NCBI RefSeq assembly: GCF_036971445.1
Contig: NC_091478.1
Span: 62,992,001-63,056,000, forward strand
Length of the DNA stretch: 64,000 nt
Reading direction: 5' to 3'
From: Narcine bancroftii
Lineage: Eukaryota
Shown here: positions 62,401 through 64,000 of the stretch, piece after piece
Position numbering within the stretch: position 1 is the stretch's first letter
How the letters are laid out: every line of letters begins with the position of its first letter
Notes under the pieces: generated by a model
Told to the model about the DNA's origin: nothing
The model's database searches: none
What the model saw: the letters and a program-made list of their open reading frames with translations, nothing else
Made by a program: the position numbers and the translations under genes

Positions 62401-64000
62401 AACTTCTTATGAACTTGTGGATTAGTCCTTTTCCCATTAGTGGCCATAATAATTCCTTAATACTTTAAACTAAAATTTTAAAAGTTTTCAAGTTTTAAAA
62501 ACTTGAAAACAAAGTGTTAAAAAACAGGTATTTAAAAGTCTGGCCAGAGAGGTTGAGATTGCACATCCAGACTCTACACCATCTTGTCACGCCACCCCCA
62601 TCTTTGGTATTAATGTAATTATTGCTCTCTTACATGAATCTGGCAAGTTTTCTGTTTCTTATGTCTGGTTCATTACTTACAGTAGAGGAGGAATTAATAA
62701 CTCTTCAAATATTTTATAAAATTCTATTGGAAATCCATCCTCTCCTGGTGATTTATTGTTCAGCAGCTTTTTTAATATATCCTGTACTTCCTCTATTTCA
62801 AATGGTTTTATTCGTTTGTTTTGTTCCTCTTCTTGCAAATTCGGCAATTCAATTTTAGCTTAAAAATTCCTCTATTTTATCATCTTTGCCCTCGTTCTCA
62901 GTTTGTTACAATTGTTCATAAAATTCTTTATAATTTCTGTTGGATTATATGTAATTTGTTTGTCTTTTTTCCTTTAACTTGTTCTGTTTTAAGTTGCCAG
63001 GCTAATATTTTATGTGTTTTTTTTCTCCCAGTTCATAATATTTTTGCTTTGTTTCCATTATGTTCTTCTCCACCTGATACATTTGTAATGTTTCGTATTT
63101 AAATTTTTTTGTCCGCCAATTCTCTCCTTTTCATTGTATCATCCCTTTTCACTAATTCCTTTTCTGTACTTACTATCTCCATTTCCAACTGCTCTATTTC
63201 CCGATTGTAATCCTATTTCATCTTAGTCACATAACTTATTATCTGCCCTCTAATGAAGGCTTTTGTTGTGTCCCATAATATAAATTTGTCTTTCAGTGAT
63301 CCTGTGTTTATTTCAAAATATGTTTTAATTTGGAATTCAATAAACTCCCTACATTCCTGTCTTTTACAAAGCATGGAGTTTAACCTCTATCTATATATTC
63401 TTGGTGGGATGTCCACCCCAGTTCTATTGCTAATAATAGGGGTGAATGATCTGATAGTAGTCTAGCTTTATACTCAGTTTTTCTAACTCTCCCTTGAATA
63501 TGGGCTGACAACAAAAACATAACAATCCTTGAGTAAGTTTTGTGCCTACTCGAATAATATGAAAATTCCTTCTCTCTTGGGTGTTACCTCATCCATAAGT
63601 TTCATTTCCTGCATTGATTTAACCATAATATTGGTTACTTTATTCTTTTTACTTGTCTTTTGTCCAGTTTTATCCAACATTGGGTCCAAATTAAGGTTAA
63701 AATCCCCTCCTATCAATATATTTCTTTGTGTGTCTGCAATCTTCAAAAAAATATCCTGCATAAACTTATGATCCTCCTCATTAGGTGCGTATATATTGAG
63801 CAAATTCCAAAATTCTGAGTGTATCTGACACTTTATCATTGCATACCTCCCTGCCGGATCTATTATTTCCTCCTCTATTTTGATTGGTAATATGGCTATA
63901 CCTCTAGCTTTTGAATGACAGGATGATGCCATTACATGTCCTACCCAATCTCTATTTAGTTTGTTATGTTCCGCTTCAGTTATGTGTTTCCCGCACAATT
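56458..64000 (-). mobile_element. Outer L1 (duplicate of 20690-28232, runs off the window)
   Basis: Collinear duplicate with an extra TAG stop near 57151. Confidence 0.9.
58350..62599 (-). mobile_element. Nested 3'-truncated L1 (duplicate of 22582-26831)
   Basis: Same 15-bp TSD at 58335-58349 and 62600-62614. Confidence 0.9.

Larger units (their letters stand above)
35745..64000 (+). repeat. Segmental duplication, copy 2 (runs off the window end)
   Basis: Collinear and near-identical to 1-28232, including all TE insertions and the receptor gene. Confidence 0.98.

Noticed and set aside
1-64000. Prokaryotic systems (CRISPR, retron, DGR) suggested by the many RT ORFs
   Set aside because: All RTs are eukaryotic non-LTR, Penelope or Gypsy fragments. 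There is no repeat-spacer array or operon structure, and the DNA contains spliceosomal introns.

Overview
This is eukaryotic genomic DNA. Its CR1, Penelope, Rex1/Babar, L1, RTE and tRNA-SINE content suggests a cartilaginous fish, probably a ray (inference). The window is a very recent tandem segmental duplication: 1-28232 recurs at 35745-64000 with an offset of 35,744-35,768 bp, and I counted only about 30 differences by eye (~99.9% identity). Most of the DNA is decayed or nested retrotransposon sequence. Each unit carries one intact 7-exon + strand gene (13034-20555 and 48797-56323), which I assembled by hand from GT-AG sites with consistent phases. It encodes a ~350-aa type I Ig-superfamily receptor. 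The domain order is leader, germline-joined V domain with a J-like GSGSRLIV motif, antigen-receptor/MHC-type C1 domain, uncharged GxxxG transmembrane helix, and a cytoplasmic tail with ITIM (IHYVAI), ITSM (TEYAEV) and terminal ALYSTI tyrosine motifs. This looks like a non-rearranging 'VJ-C1' inhibitory receptor undergoing copy-number expansion, and it is the main finding. Other observations are a 3'-truncated L1 nested with a TSD in another L1, a solo LTR whose TSD supplies the likely branch point of the TM exon, and a templated-insertion scar that distinguishes the two copies.
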